From NCBI GenBank assembly GCA_964344555.1, contig CAYFNK010000004.1, positions 494 to 64,493 of the forward strand: a stretch of DNA of 64,000 bases, read 5' to 3'. Numbering within the stretch: position 1 is the first letter of the stretch; each line of letters begins with the position of its first letter. The translations under genes and the position numbers were made by a program. The notes under the pieces are model-generated. The model was not told the origin of the DNA. It ran no database searches and worked only from the letters and a program-made list of their open reading frames with translations. Shown here piece after piece: positions 15,169-23,559 of this stretch. The stretch comes from Candidatus Woesearchaeota archaeon. Its GTDB lineage: Archaea > Nanobdellota > Nanobdellia > SCGC-AAA011-G17 > PNOQ01.

Positions 15169-16124
15169 TGTCCGTTTTCTAAATTATAAATATCTGTTTC
15201 TGAGTCAATATCTTCTTCTATTTCTTTTGAATATATTTCTATTAATTTAAAATTAGTATCAAATATCTTAGATAGTTTCGATTCAACATCATCTATTGAA
15301 AGATTTTTCTTTCTGTACTTTTTAACTTCTGGACTAATATATTTGTAAAGGGTCCATATGTTTTTTGGAATTAATAATTTTCTAGAGTTGTAAGCTATGT
15401 CTATAAATTCCTTTTTACCTATTTCATTTGGATTTGCATAAATCATATTTCCTATTCTAAATCCTCTTCTTCCATGTTTGTCATAAATCTTATCTGGTTC
15501 ATGTTTGTCATCTATCAATTTTAATGGAGGTCTTTTCTTGTTAGTAATTCCAGTTTCCCATCCTATAATTGGAAAGTATGCATCATATTCCCCATCACAT
15601 CTTTTCAAAAAATCTCTTATAGAGAAAGGAGTAATCTTAGGAATATCTGATGCTAAAAATAATGAATGTTTTCTAGCGTTACTTGCTTCATAACCAATTA
15701 ATGCGTTTTCTAAGATGCTTCCTTCTTGTTGTACAGTATTAATTTGTTTGGAATATTTCTTTTTTTCTAGAAATCTATCTAGTCTATCTTTTTCCCCAAC
15801 TATAGTTATATCGTCTATGATTGGACTTTGTTCTAGTGCAGATAAAACATAATATATTAATGGTTGTTTTTTTGAACCTCTTTTTAGTCTTACTTTCTTT
15901 AATGGTTTGTATCCCTTGCCTAGAAGATATTTATCTTTGTAATATTTATCAGTTAGTTTCTTTTCTAAATCACTTAGATTCTTCTTAATCTTTCCTCCAG
16001 CCATAACTATTACTTTTACCATTATAATTCTTATTTTTGGACAAATATTTGCTTTAAATATATTTCTTTTTAAGTGCATTGTTGCGTTATCGGGACTTAT
16101 AACCCTTAAATCTCTCAACCCCAA
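15165..16124 (-). CDS. MobA-like (GT-A fold) NTP transferase with a C-terminal extension; likely real start at 16022
   Basis: MVKVIVMAGGKIKK (the Gly-rich NTP loop) begins at the internal Met (16022). LFLASDIPKITPFSIRDFL resembles the MobA/CofC-type D-x-P region. The first 34 codons of the listed ORF look like read-through. Confidence 0.6.
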   Translation of the reverse strand: MGLRDLRVISPDNATMHLKRNIFKANICPKIRIIMVKVIVMAGGKIKKNLSDLEKKLTDKYYKDKYLLGKGYKPLKKVRLKRGSKKQPLIYYVLSALEQSPIIDDITIVGEKDRLDRFLEKKKYSKQINTVQQEGSILENALIGYEASNARKHSLFLASDIPKITPFSIRDFLKRCDGEYDAYFPIIGWETGITNKKRPPLKLIDDKHEPDKIYDKHGRRGFRIGNMIYANPNEIGKKEFIDIAYNSRKLLIPKNIWTLYKYISPEVKKYRKKNLSIDDVESKLSKIFDTNFKLIEIYSKEIEEDIDSETDIYNLENGH

Positions 16125-16287
16125 AATCTTTCAGTTATAACTATAAAATAGTAAAACTTAAAAACAACTTAGATCTAATAAAGTTATAAAAATAACCTCA
16201 GAAAAAGAAAGAAAAAGGCATTACTCTAAGGTATATGAAGGAATAAGATTTATTGATTGGAATAAATTCTTTGATGCTACACATAGC

Positions 16288-16968
16288 TTGGAGGAAATAG
16301 TCTTAGAATGCTTTCCAGAAGATAAACCATTTATGAAGCTAGTTGGTTCTTCATCTACTGGAACGATGAGAAAAGGCCATGAAGATTTAGATTATGCAGT
16401 TGCTTTTCAAAATCGCCTTGACAACAACGAATTTTTAGATAAAATAAAAGATATAAATTTGAATATCACTAAGATTAAACAAAATAAACATTATGGATAT
16501 ATTAAAATCAGTGGTGAATTCTCAGGAATGAAATTCGTTCTTGTTCCAATGATTCATCCAAACGGAAAAATTGAGACTTACGAACATGACGCATTTTATC
16601 ATTCTGAATTGATCAATAAACTAAAAAGAGAAGATCATCCTTTTAATTCGATCTTAGCAAAAGAATTTTTCTCTCAGCTAGGCGTATACAAGGAGGTCAA
16701 GGGCATTTCCATTGAATTGTTAATTTTAAAATACAGAGATTTTGATGAAATGTTAAAGGCATTTGTAGAAAATGATTCTTTAAGAGTTAACTTTAGCCAA
16801 AATAATTTACGTTATTCTACAAGCCCACTTGTAGTAGATTATCCTTATTTTGGGGGTCGTTCGTTTACCGAAAAAGTCAATCGTGAGACCTATTCACGTA
16901 TTCAGGAATCTGCGATTAAAGTTTTAAACGACCCAAAATATTTAATTGGGAGCAAAAATGACAAATGA
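16288..16968 (+). CDS. Pol-beta superfamily nucleotidyltransferase resembling only the head and neck of the archaeal CCA-adding enzyme
   Basis: GSSSTGTMRKGHEDLDYAV is the G[SG]...D-x-D motif. LGVYKEVKGISIELLILKYRDF parallels NGVYGAESYIKGFSGYVLEVLIIHYGSF in the true cca gene at 23560. The listed start is TTG, and the frame is open upstream to 16162 without an ATG. Confidence 0.6.
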   Translation: MEEIVLECFPEDKPFMKLVGSSSTGTMRKGHEDLDYAVAFQNRLDNNEFLDKIKDINLNITKIKQNKHYGYIKISGEFSGMKFVLVPMIHPNGKIETYEHDAFYHSELINKLKREDHPFNSILAKEFFSQLGVYKEVKGISIELLILKYRDFDEMLKAFVENDSLRVNFSQNNLRYSTSPLVVDYPYFGGRSFTEKVNRETYSRIQESAIKVLNDPKYLIGSKNDK

Positions 16969-17548
16969 AAGGATAATCCTTATTGATTTTTGGGGTACTA
17001 TCGTTGAAAGTGAAAAAAGAAATAAATTGTGGGGTCTAGTTTTAAAAGATTTTGAGAATCTAATCCTAGACAAGAAAGATATATTTGGTTATTGGAAAGA
17101 AAGATGGTTTAAGTCTGATATAAATAAAGGAGAATTCATTCAAGAATTAATCAAAAGGTTTGAATTAGGGAGTAAAACAACATCTCATATAGAGGATATT
17201 TTAAATTATAAAAACTTCACTCCAATAAATGGAAGAATAGATTCTTTATCAAAGTTAATGAGAGAAGGTTATGAAATTCACTTAGTGTCTGACTGCGGAT
17301 ATGATACAAAAGAATTTGTTGAAAATTCTGCCTTAAACAATATTTTATCTAAACGATTTTATTCTTTTGTGTACAAAACAACAAAAGAAGAAAATTTGTA
17401 TGGGTTAGTCGCGGAAGAAATAGGAACTAGTTGTATAATGATAGGGGACGATTATAAGAGAGACTATAAGATTCCTAAGGAATATGGATTTTCCTCTGCA
17501 CTTATAAGAAAAATAGATATTTTAGAGGATATAATATGCAAGAGTTAG
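16946..17548 (+). CDS. HAD-superfamily hydrolase-like protein with atypical motif I
   Basis: Motif I is IILIDFWGTIV (D-x-W-x-T instead of D-x-D-x-T), motif II is HLVSDCG, motif IV is IMIGDDYKRD. The likely start is ATG 16958. Confidence 0.6.
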   Translation: MGAKMTNERIILIDFWGTIVESEKRNKLWGLVLKDFENLILDKKDIFGYWKERWFKSDINKGEFIQELIKRFELGSKTTSHIEDILNYKNFTPINGRIDSLSKLMREGYEIHLVSDCGYDTKEFVENSALNNILSKRFYSFVYKTTKEENLYGLVAEEIGTSCIMIGDDYKRDYKIPKEYGFSSALIRKIDILEDIICKS

Positions 17549-18564
17549 AATACCTATTAGAAAAAGTTGAAAGAGAAAAATTAATGAAAATCTCTCATAG
17601 AGATAATTTTACTGATATTTATGAAGAGTACGCTAATATATTCTTAAATAAAAGCAGTCTTAAAAAGGATGTGTTAAATCGAAAATTGATTGAACCCCTA
17701 GATAAAGGTATCTTTTTAGTGGAACATGATGATATGAAGCTTTATGATGGAATGTTGTGGATGTCTAGAGAGGTAGATTATATTGGAAAAATGGACTATC
17801 TTTTTACAGTTCCAATGTGGGATTGGTGGATAAATCCCTTGTTCAGCAGAAAAACTCATAGGGATAAAAATAAATCTATTTTAGTCATTGATAAATTTGA
17901 AGAGAATGAAAAAGAATGTAAGAAAATGATAGCTTCGGAGGGTTTTATTACTACAGAATCTTACGACTTGAAACATCCGACTCTTGAATTAACCCAGTTT
18001 TATAGGTATTTAGATTTATTACTTCCAATAAATTTTGCCAGAGAATTAAAGAGAATGAGCAAATTTATAGATGAATTTAATCCTGATAAAATCAATTTTG
18101 TATTAAGAGGGGGATATTTCTTAAAGGAATTTTTTGATTTTTTTAAAGGGAAGGTGGATTTATTGAACCCAAGAGATAACGGCTATCAACCAAATCCAAA
18201 TGAGCTTTACATTGATGATTGTATTGGTTCAACGAGGACTTTCAGTTCCCTTGGATTTTCTGGCAGAGAAACATTTAATTTTTGCTGTTTAAATAGCACA
18301 CTTCCAGGCAGAGTTTATCAGGAATACTTTCCAAATGTAAATTTTAATTTGCCATCAGATCTATTAAATGTTTATTCTTGTAGACTCTTTGAAAAAAATC
18401 CTCGTATTATAGGACTTGATTATTCGAAAAGGGGGTTGCATTTTTATAATAATCCTGTTAGGGAGAATCTTATATCTAAAGTAAAAAATTTTCTTAAAAC
18501 TCCTAATATAGAAGATAAAACTTATAAATTTGCAATGGAGTTAATTAATCATGGTAAAAAATAA
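17536..18564 (+). CDS. Hypothetical protein with a C-terminal type I phosphoribosyltransferase-like region
   Basis: INFVLRGGYFLKEFFDFF resembles the HPRT VLKGG..F..DL segment. ELYIDDCIGSTRTF resembles the PRPP loop (hhhhDD...[ST]G.T) with G replaced. The N-terminal 170 aa have no motif. Confidence 0.4.
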   Translation: MQELEYLLEKVEREKLMKISHRDNFTDIYEEYANIFLNKSSLKKDVLNRKLIEPLDKGIFLVEHDDMKLYDGMLWMSREVDYIGKMDYLFTVPMWDWWINPLFSRKTHRDKNKSILVIDKFEENEKECKKMIASEGFITTESYDLKHPTLELTQFYRYLDLLLPINFARELKRMSKFIDEFNPDKINFVLRGGYFLKEFFDFFKGKVDLLNPRDNGYQPNPNELYIDDCIGSTRTFSSLGFSGRETFNFCCLNSTLPGRVYQEYFPNVNFNLPSDLLNVYSCRLFEKNPRIIGLDYSKRGLHFYNNPVRENLISKVKNFLKTPNIEDKTYKFAMELINHGKK

Positions 18565-19378
18565 AATTATTTTAGATACCGATATTGGTTCTGATATTGA
18601 TGATGCCTATGCTTTAGTCTTTGCCTTAAACTCACCTGAAATAGAAATAAAGGCAATTATAACAAATAACTCGGAAGTGGAAAGAAAAGCCAGGATAGCC
18701 CGAGCGTTTACAAAAGAAATCCCTATTTTTACTGGAATTGAAGTTGATAAAGGGGTTTTAACTACAACAATAAGAGATGGAGATTATGAGCCAAGACCTC
18801 TTCAAAATAATCTTAATTTTTTTAAGGATAAAGACTTAATTTATGTATCTATTGGGGCACTATCAAATTTAGCCTTTTTCTTGGAAAGGGGCATCAAATT
18901 CAAAAAAATAATAATCATGGGGGGTTCTTTAGATATTGATTACAAAGGAAGAAATAAAAAAATCCCAGAGTGGAATTTGAATTGTGATTTAGAAGCAACT
19001 AAAAAAATCTTTGACTGTGATTTAAATATTCTACTTGTTCCTTTGGATGCTACATGGAATTTGGAATTGAGTGACAAACAAATAAAAGAAATAGACCAAA
19101 ATAATAAACAAACCTCAATTTTATTAAAGAAGCATCTTCGAGAAATGAGAGAATTTCTTTTTAAAAAATTTGATATAATTTCCAAAAAACCTGTTTTACA
19201 CGATCCTTTAGCAGTTTATGCTTCATTTGGAAATAAATTTTTTTCGTCAACTAATATGAAAATAGCTATAAATGATAAAGGTTTGCTTAATAAAGATGAA
19301 AATGGAAAAGAAATGAAAGTAATTAATATTTCAAAAAAAGAGTTTATTAATTTCTTTTTGGAGAGAATTTTAAAATGA
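18551..19378 (+). CDS. Inosine-uridine preferring nucleoside hydrolase family protein
   Basis: N-terminal fingerprint IILDTDIGSDIDDAYAL (DxDxxxDD), followed by IMGG and a VLHDPLAV-type segment. Confidence 0.85.
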   Translation: MVKNKIILDTDIGSDIDDAYALVFALNSPEIEIKAIITNNSEVERKARIARAFTKEIPIFTGIEVDKGVLTTTIRDGDYEPRPLQNNLNFFKDKDLIYVSIGALSNLAFFLERGIKFKKIIIMGGSLDIDYKGRNKKIPEWNLNCDLEATKKIFDCDLNILLVPLDATWNLELSDKQIKEIDQNNKQTSILLKKHLREMREFLFKKFDIISKKPVLHDPLAVYASFGNKFFSSTNMKIAINDKGLLNKDENGKEMKVINISKKEFINFFLERILK

Positions 19379-20802
19379 ATAATAATTTAGACTATGAAGA
19401 ATGCCTTAGAGAATTTAAAAAGTCTCTTGTAGATGGAAGCGAATTTGATATTTTGATAGAAGGAATTATTAAAAATATATCAACAAATAGAATAAGATGG
19501 TTTGATGTTGGAATAGGCGATGGACATTATTTAAAGAAGATAGTAACAACTTTAGAAAACAAAGGGTTTGTGGTAGAAGTAACGGGAATTGATAATGATG
19601 AAAAGTCTGTAAGAAAAGCTAAATCTCTCTTTCCAGATGGGAAAATTCTTCAAGGAGACTTCCTTAAAATAGATTTAGAAGGAAAATTCGACGTTTTTAG
19701 TTTTAATCAATCTATATATTATTTTTATAACAAAAATTCAGTTATTGAAAAGTGCTTAGAAAATCTCGCGGAAGGAGGTTTATTAATCTGTGTTTGTTGG
19801 TCTGAAAAAGACAAAATATTCCAATTCCATAAATCCGTATTTGGCAAATGGACATTGGGGGCTTTTACTTCCGAGAATTTTAAAGAATTAATTTCAAAAA
19901 AGAACAAACTGAATTTAGTCTGTGATAATCTGTTTAAAGGAAAAGTAAATTTTAAACTTTGGAAAGATAAAAATAATTTAGAAAAAAATCTTTATGTAAT
20001 CTCTCGAATCCCTGTTTTAGAAGGGATTTCTGAAGTAAATCTAGAAATAGCTGAAACACTAATTAATGAACAAAAAGATAATGAAACAAGAGTAAATGGG
20101 GTGATTATCGCAAAAAAATTGTATGACATTCCTAATTTCACAAGAGAAAAAATAGAATTTCTCTTGAAAGAAAGGTTTCCTAATTATAATAAAAAAGTTT
20201 CCCAAATAAAAGGAGATTTAGAAGCTCTCTTTATGGGTTCTTGGGAAAAAGAAACTGAATATTTATCTGATTATATAGCCTCGGGCAGAGTACTTGAAAT
20301 TTGTTGTGCTGCAGGGTTAAAAAGTATTATTTTGGCAAAGAAACACAAAGTAGTTGCTATTGATATAAACGAAGATAGGTTAAATGCAGCAAGAGATAAT
20401 GCTGTTCTTTTCGAAGTTAATCAAAATACTGAATTTAAGAATGTTAATGCTAAAAAATTTAATGAATTAAAAAAATTGGGAAAATTTGATGTTATTTATG
20501 TTGATGTTGATTGGAGAGAAAATTTGTCTCATCCAATCAAGAAACAAAATATAGATCCGTTCAAAACGTGTCCTAGAACTGATAAACTATATTTAAATCT
20601 TAGAAAACTACACCCAAAAACCCCAATCATATTTAAGATTTCCCCTTTTGTGAGGGTTAAAAATTTAACCAAACTAGATCTGTGCATAATTGAAGAGCTT
20701 TATATAGATGGAAAATTTTTATCATATAATGTTTATTTTGATCCCAAAATCAAAAAGTCACGATGGCAGGCAATTCATCTTTTTAACAATGAGGTAATTT
20801 GA
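19375..20802 (+). CDS. Fusion of two class I SAM-dependent methyltransferase domains; the C-terminal one is RNA cap guanine-N2 (TGS1/Methyltransf_15)-like
   Basis: N-terminal domain WFDVGIGDGHY...FDVFSFNQSIYYF. C-terminal domain VLEICCAAGLKSIILA...VVAIDINEDRLNAARDNA...FDVIYVDVDW. Confidence 0.6.
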   Translation: MNNNLDYEECLREFKKSLVDGSEFDILIEGIIKNISTNRIRWFDVGIGDGHYLKKIVTTLENKGFVVEVTGIDNDEKSVRKAKSLFPDGKILQGDFLKIDLEGKFDVFSFNQSIYYFYNKNSVIEKCLENLAEGGLLICVCWSEKDKIFQFHKSVFGKWTLGAFTSENFKELISKKNKLNLVCDNLFKGKVNFKLWKDKNNLEKNLYVISRIPVLEGISEVNLEIAETLINEQKDNETRVNGVIIAKKLYDIPNFTREKIEFLLKERFPNYNKKVSQIKGDLEALFMGSWEKETEYLSDYIASGRVLEICCAAGLKSIILAKKHKVVAIDINEDRLNAARDNAVLFEVNQNTEFKNVNAKKFNELKKLGKFDVIYVDVDWRENLSHPIKKQNIDPFKTCPRTDKLYLNLRKLHPKTPIIFKISPFVRVKNLTKLDLCIIEELYIDGKFLSYNVYFDPKIKKSRWQAIHLFNNEVI

Positions 20803-21308
20803 AAATGAAAACTTATATAATGGTAGATATTGAAGCAAATGGTCCGATACCAGGAGACTATTCTATGACCTCTTTAGGGGCGGTAGTAGTAGATGAAAAA
20901 TTAGATAAGACTTTCAAGGTTAATATTAAGCCAATATCTAAAAAGTTTGATCCAAGGAGGAGACAATTTGTAGATGAAAGAAATGTAGTTGATGCAAAAG
21001 AAGCTATGCAAAAATTTAAAGAATGGATTCTGAAAAATTCTTCTGGCGAACCGGTTTTTATTTCAGATAATAACGGTTTTGATTGGATGTTTGTATGCTG
21101 GTATTTCTGGCATTTTTTAGAAGAGAATCCCTTAGGATATAACTCTCAAAATTTAAACTCATTAAATAAAGGTTTAAATAAAGATTTACGAGCTAAGATT
21201 GATTTATTGAGAGAAAGAAACCTTACTCATGATGCTTTAGAAGATGCCAAAGACAATGCAAAAATATTTTTTGAATTAAAAAAAAATTTTTTTAAGAAAG
21301 ACATTTAA
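20799..21308 (+). CDS. DEDDh 3'-5' exonuclease (DnaQ/Rv2179c-like)
   Basis: Exo I is MVDIEANGP, Exo II is FISDNNGFDWMF, Exo III is HDALEDAKDNA. Confidence 0.7.
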   Translation: MKMKTYIMVDIEANGPIPGDYSMTSLGAVVVDEKLDKTFKVNIKPISKKFDPRRRQFVDERNVVDAKEAMQKFKEWILKNSSGEPVFISDNNGFDWMFVCWYFWHFLEENPLGYNSQNLNSLNKGLNKDLRAKIDLLRERNLTHDALEDAKDNAKIFFELKKNFFKKDI

Positions 21309-22354
21309 GTGGTTAAACTTATAACTTGCTCATCTTTATCAAATCAAGCCATCTGTTCTTACCTAACTCTAATTTAGGAATAGCTAATTCATAAGGACGA
21401 CAGCCTATTCCTTGATGTTTTCTTATGAAGTTATAATAGATTTCATAACCTTTCATGATCGCAGAAGCAGATTCTATACAACCATGAAAGCCACGCATGA
21501 CTTTTGTTCTTTCCCTAATGGAATTATGTAATCTCTCGATAGGATGGTTAAACCCTCTTTCAGAAGCTATTACAACATTATGAATGATTGGACTTTTGTG
21601 ATTCCAATGGGTTTTCAGACCAAAACTTTTCTTTAGCATTCTTGGGTAGCCCTTAAGTCCATCAGTTGTTATAACCTTAACTTGGCTTCCTGTTGCAAAC
21701 TTACCTCTTTTTAGAACTTTAACCATGTTATCTATTGTTCTGCTTCTCATATAACCAGAAGAAACCATGAATCTCGTTGTTGTATCCATTACATCAACAA
21801 ACCAGTTTTGTTCTCTGCCTTTCTGATATTTGCTTATTCTTCTGTGATACTCCATTTCATCAGATTGTAATTCAACTCCAGATTTGACTTGTAAGCTGTC
21901 TGTTAAATTGCTTATCATAACTGCATATTTTACAATCAAGCGATAAGCAGTAGAATAATGACAATTCTTGGGATAGAACGTTTTAAGATGCTCTTGTATC
22001 TTCCTAAAACTCATTCCATTGTAATACAAATCCATACAGAGAGTGATTTTCTTTTCGTGATTTTTCATCTTATAAAAACCCTCATCAATAGAAAATCTTT
22101 TGCCACAATCTTTGCAACCAAATCTTTGAACCTTGCCTCTGTGTTCGGTTTTTCTTATTCCTCTTTTGATTACCTTGTTAGAACTACAAAAAATACAAGA
22201 AACTTTTTTATACTTCTGTTCTATTATTTCTTTGGATTTCATTTGTTTAGAGACGTTTGGAATCTAGAGGGTGTTAACGCACCCTCTTACTTTATTTAGT
22301 ATAACTATACAAAGTAATACTTCTATATAAACCTTTCGGAGTTAAGTAACCACT
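21308..22354 (-). mobile_element. IS6-like insertion sequence (about 1.05 kb)
   Basis: A single transposase ORF is flanked by imperfect terminal inverted repeats: left AGTGGTTAAACTTATAACT (21308-) and the reverse complement of the right end, AGTGGTTACTTAACTCC (ends at 22354). The first 8 nt are identical, with gapped matches beyond. No target duplication seen. Confidence 0.55.
21319..22242 (-). CDS. DDE transposase, IS6-family-like, with an N-terminal zinc finger
   Basis: CIFCSSNKV...CKDCGKRF zinc finger. Candidate DDE segments are SDEMEY...WFVDVMDTTT, VITTDGLKGYP and IERLHNSIRERTKVMRGFH. Confidence 0.75.
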   Translation of the reverse strand: MKSKEIIEQKYKKVSCIFCSSNKVIKRGIRKTEHRGKVQRFGCKDCGKRFSIDEGFYKMKNHEKKITLCMDLYYNGMSFRKIQEHLKTFYPKNCHYSTAYRLIVKYAVMISNLTDSLQVKSGVELQSDEMEYHRRISKYQKGREQNWFVDVMDTTTRFMVSSGYMRSRTIDNMVKVLKRGKFATGSQVKVITTDGLKGYPRMLKKSFGLKTHWNHKSPIIHNVVIASERGFNHPIERLHNSIRERTKVMRGFHGCIESASAIMKGYEIYYNFIRKHQGIGCRPYELAIPKLELGKNRWLDLIKMSKL

Positions 22355-22410
22355 AACAAAGTATAACTATATTTAGTAAGATTTATATAGTTTGATTATT
22401 AATTTATCTT

Positions 22411-22557
22411 ATGCCAGAAATAGAGATTAAAGTCAAAGGATACAAATGTAATAATTGTGGAAATGAATGGCTTCCTCGTTCAAAAAAAGAAAAGCCATTA
22501 ATTTGTCCCAAATGCAAATCTGCAAGATGGGATAAACCACCAAGAAAGAAAACTTAA
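22411..22557 (+). CDS. Unlisted 48-aa zinc-ribbon protein
   Basis: MPEIEIKVKGYKCNNCGNEWLPRSKKEKPLICPKCKSARWDKPPRKKT, with a CxxC...CPxC pattern also present in ORF 32751. Confidence 0.4.
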   Translation: MPEIEIKVKGYKCNNCGNEWLPRSKKEKPLICPKCKSARWDKPPRKKT

Positions 22558-22604
22558 TTTTTTTACTTATCTAAGTCCCGCAGATGCAACAATACACTTT
22601 TTAA

Positions 22605-22618
22605 GAAAGCTTTATAAT
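22605..22618 (+). promoter_or_regulatory. BRE/TATA element
   Basis: GAAAGCTTTATAAT ends 22 nt before ATG 22641. Confidence 0.45.
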
Positions 22619-22640
22619 ATAATTATCATATTTTTATAAC

Positions 22641-23558
22641 ATGAAAAAGAGGGAATTATCTATACTTTTAGTTGTAGCTTTATTTTCTGTAGTTTTAATT
22701 TCTTGGCCTGAAGAAGTTTCTGATTATATTACTGGTGCACAGATTGTTTCTAAAGGAGAAGATAAAAAATTTGAAAAAGAATCTGATATTTTTGTTCCTA
22801 GTGAAGAATTGTTGGCAGAAAGAGAAGAAGAATATGCTGAAATCAGTCTTTCTAAATCTGGAATTTCTTCAGAATATAATAGAATCTTAGAAAGAGGAAT
22901 AAAAGTAAGTTATTCTCCAAGAGAAGATAAAGTGATAAGAGTTTATAATCCAAATGGAGAACTTGTTAAGGAGATTAAGGCAGATAAAGAGATAGATACA
23001 ATAAGATTAGAAGAAGATAATTTAGTAATTGGTGTTTTTGAAATTAAAGAAGAAACAATCCAAGGAGAAGAATTATCCAAGGATTATTTTTTAGTAGAAT
23101 CCTCTGAAAAAGAAATTAGTAAAGAAAAAATTGAGAAAATTTATGATATTAAAGAAGAAGATCTTCTTGAAATCTATGGAATAGATAAAGAAGTTTCTGC
23201 TATTTTGCTTGGTAAATTGGCAAAGGCGAATATAATAGAGGAGACTTCTAAAGATGATGTTGCGAGATTTAGAGAAATTCTTAAATTAAATAGACATCAA
23301 AAAGAAGTATTGGACATTGCAAGCAAACTTGATAAGGAAACAAATGTTTTCTTCGCTCCAGTTAAAAAAGTACGTAATACAGTCGTTAGAAAGATTGATT
23401 ATGACCCTTCTGAAGCCATTTTATCTCCTCAAGATAGTTTGTTAAGATTTGGAATATATTTGTCTAATGAAAAAGGTGAGATTATTGAGGAGGAAGAATT
23501 TGATGTTCTAGATATTTTTGTTAGAAATAATGTACCAGGGATTAACTTAAAATTTTAA
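22641..23558 (+). CDS. Signal-anchored acidic hypothetical protein
   Basis: N-terminal hydrophobic segment LSILLVVALFSVVLISW. The remainder is Glu/Lys/Ile-rich. Confidence 0.45.
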   Translation: MKKRELSILLVVALFSVVLISWPEEVSDYITGAQIVSKGEDKKFEKESDIFVPSEELLAEREEEYAEISLSKSGISSEYNRILERGIKVSYSPREDKVIRVYNPNGELVKEIKADKEIDTIRLEEDNLVIGVFEIKEETIQGEELSKDYFLVESSEKEISKEKIEKIYDIKEEDLLEIYGIDKEVSAILLGKLAKANIIEETSKDDVARFREILKLNRHQKEVLDIASKLDKETNVFFAPVKKVRNTVVRKIDYDPSEAILSPQDSLLRFGIYLSNEKGEIIEEEEFDVLDIFVRNNVPGINLKF

Positions 23559-23559
23559 A

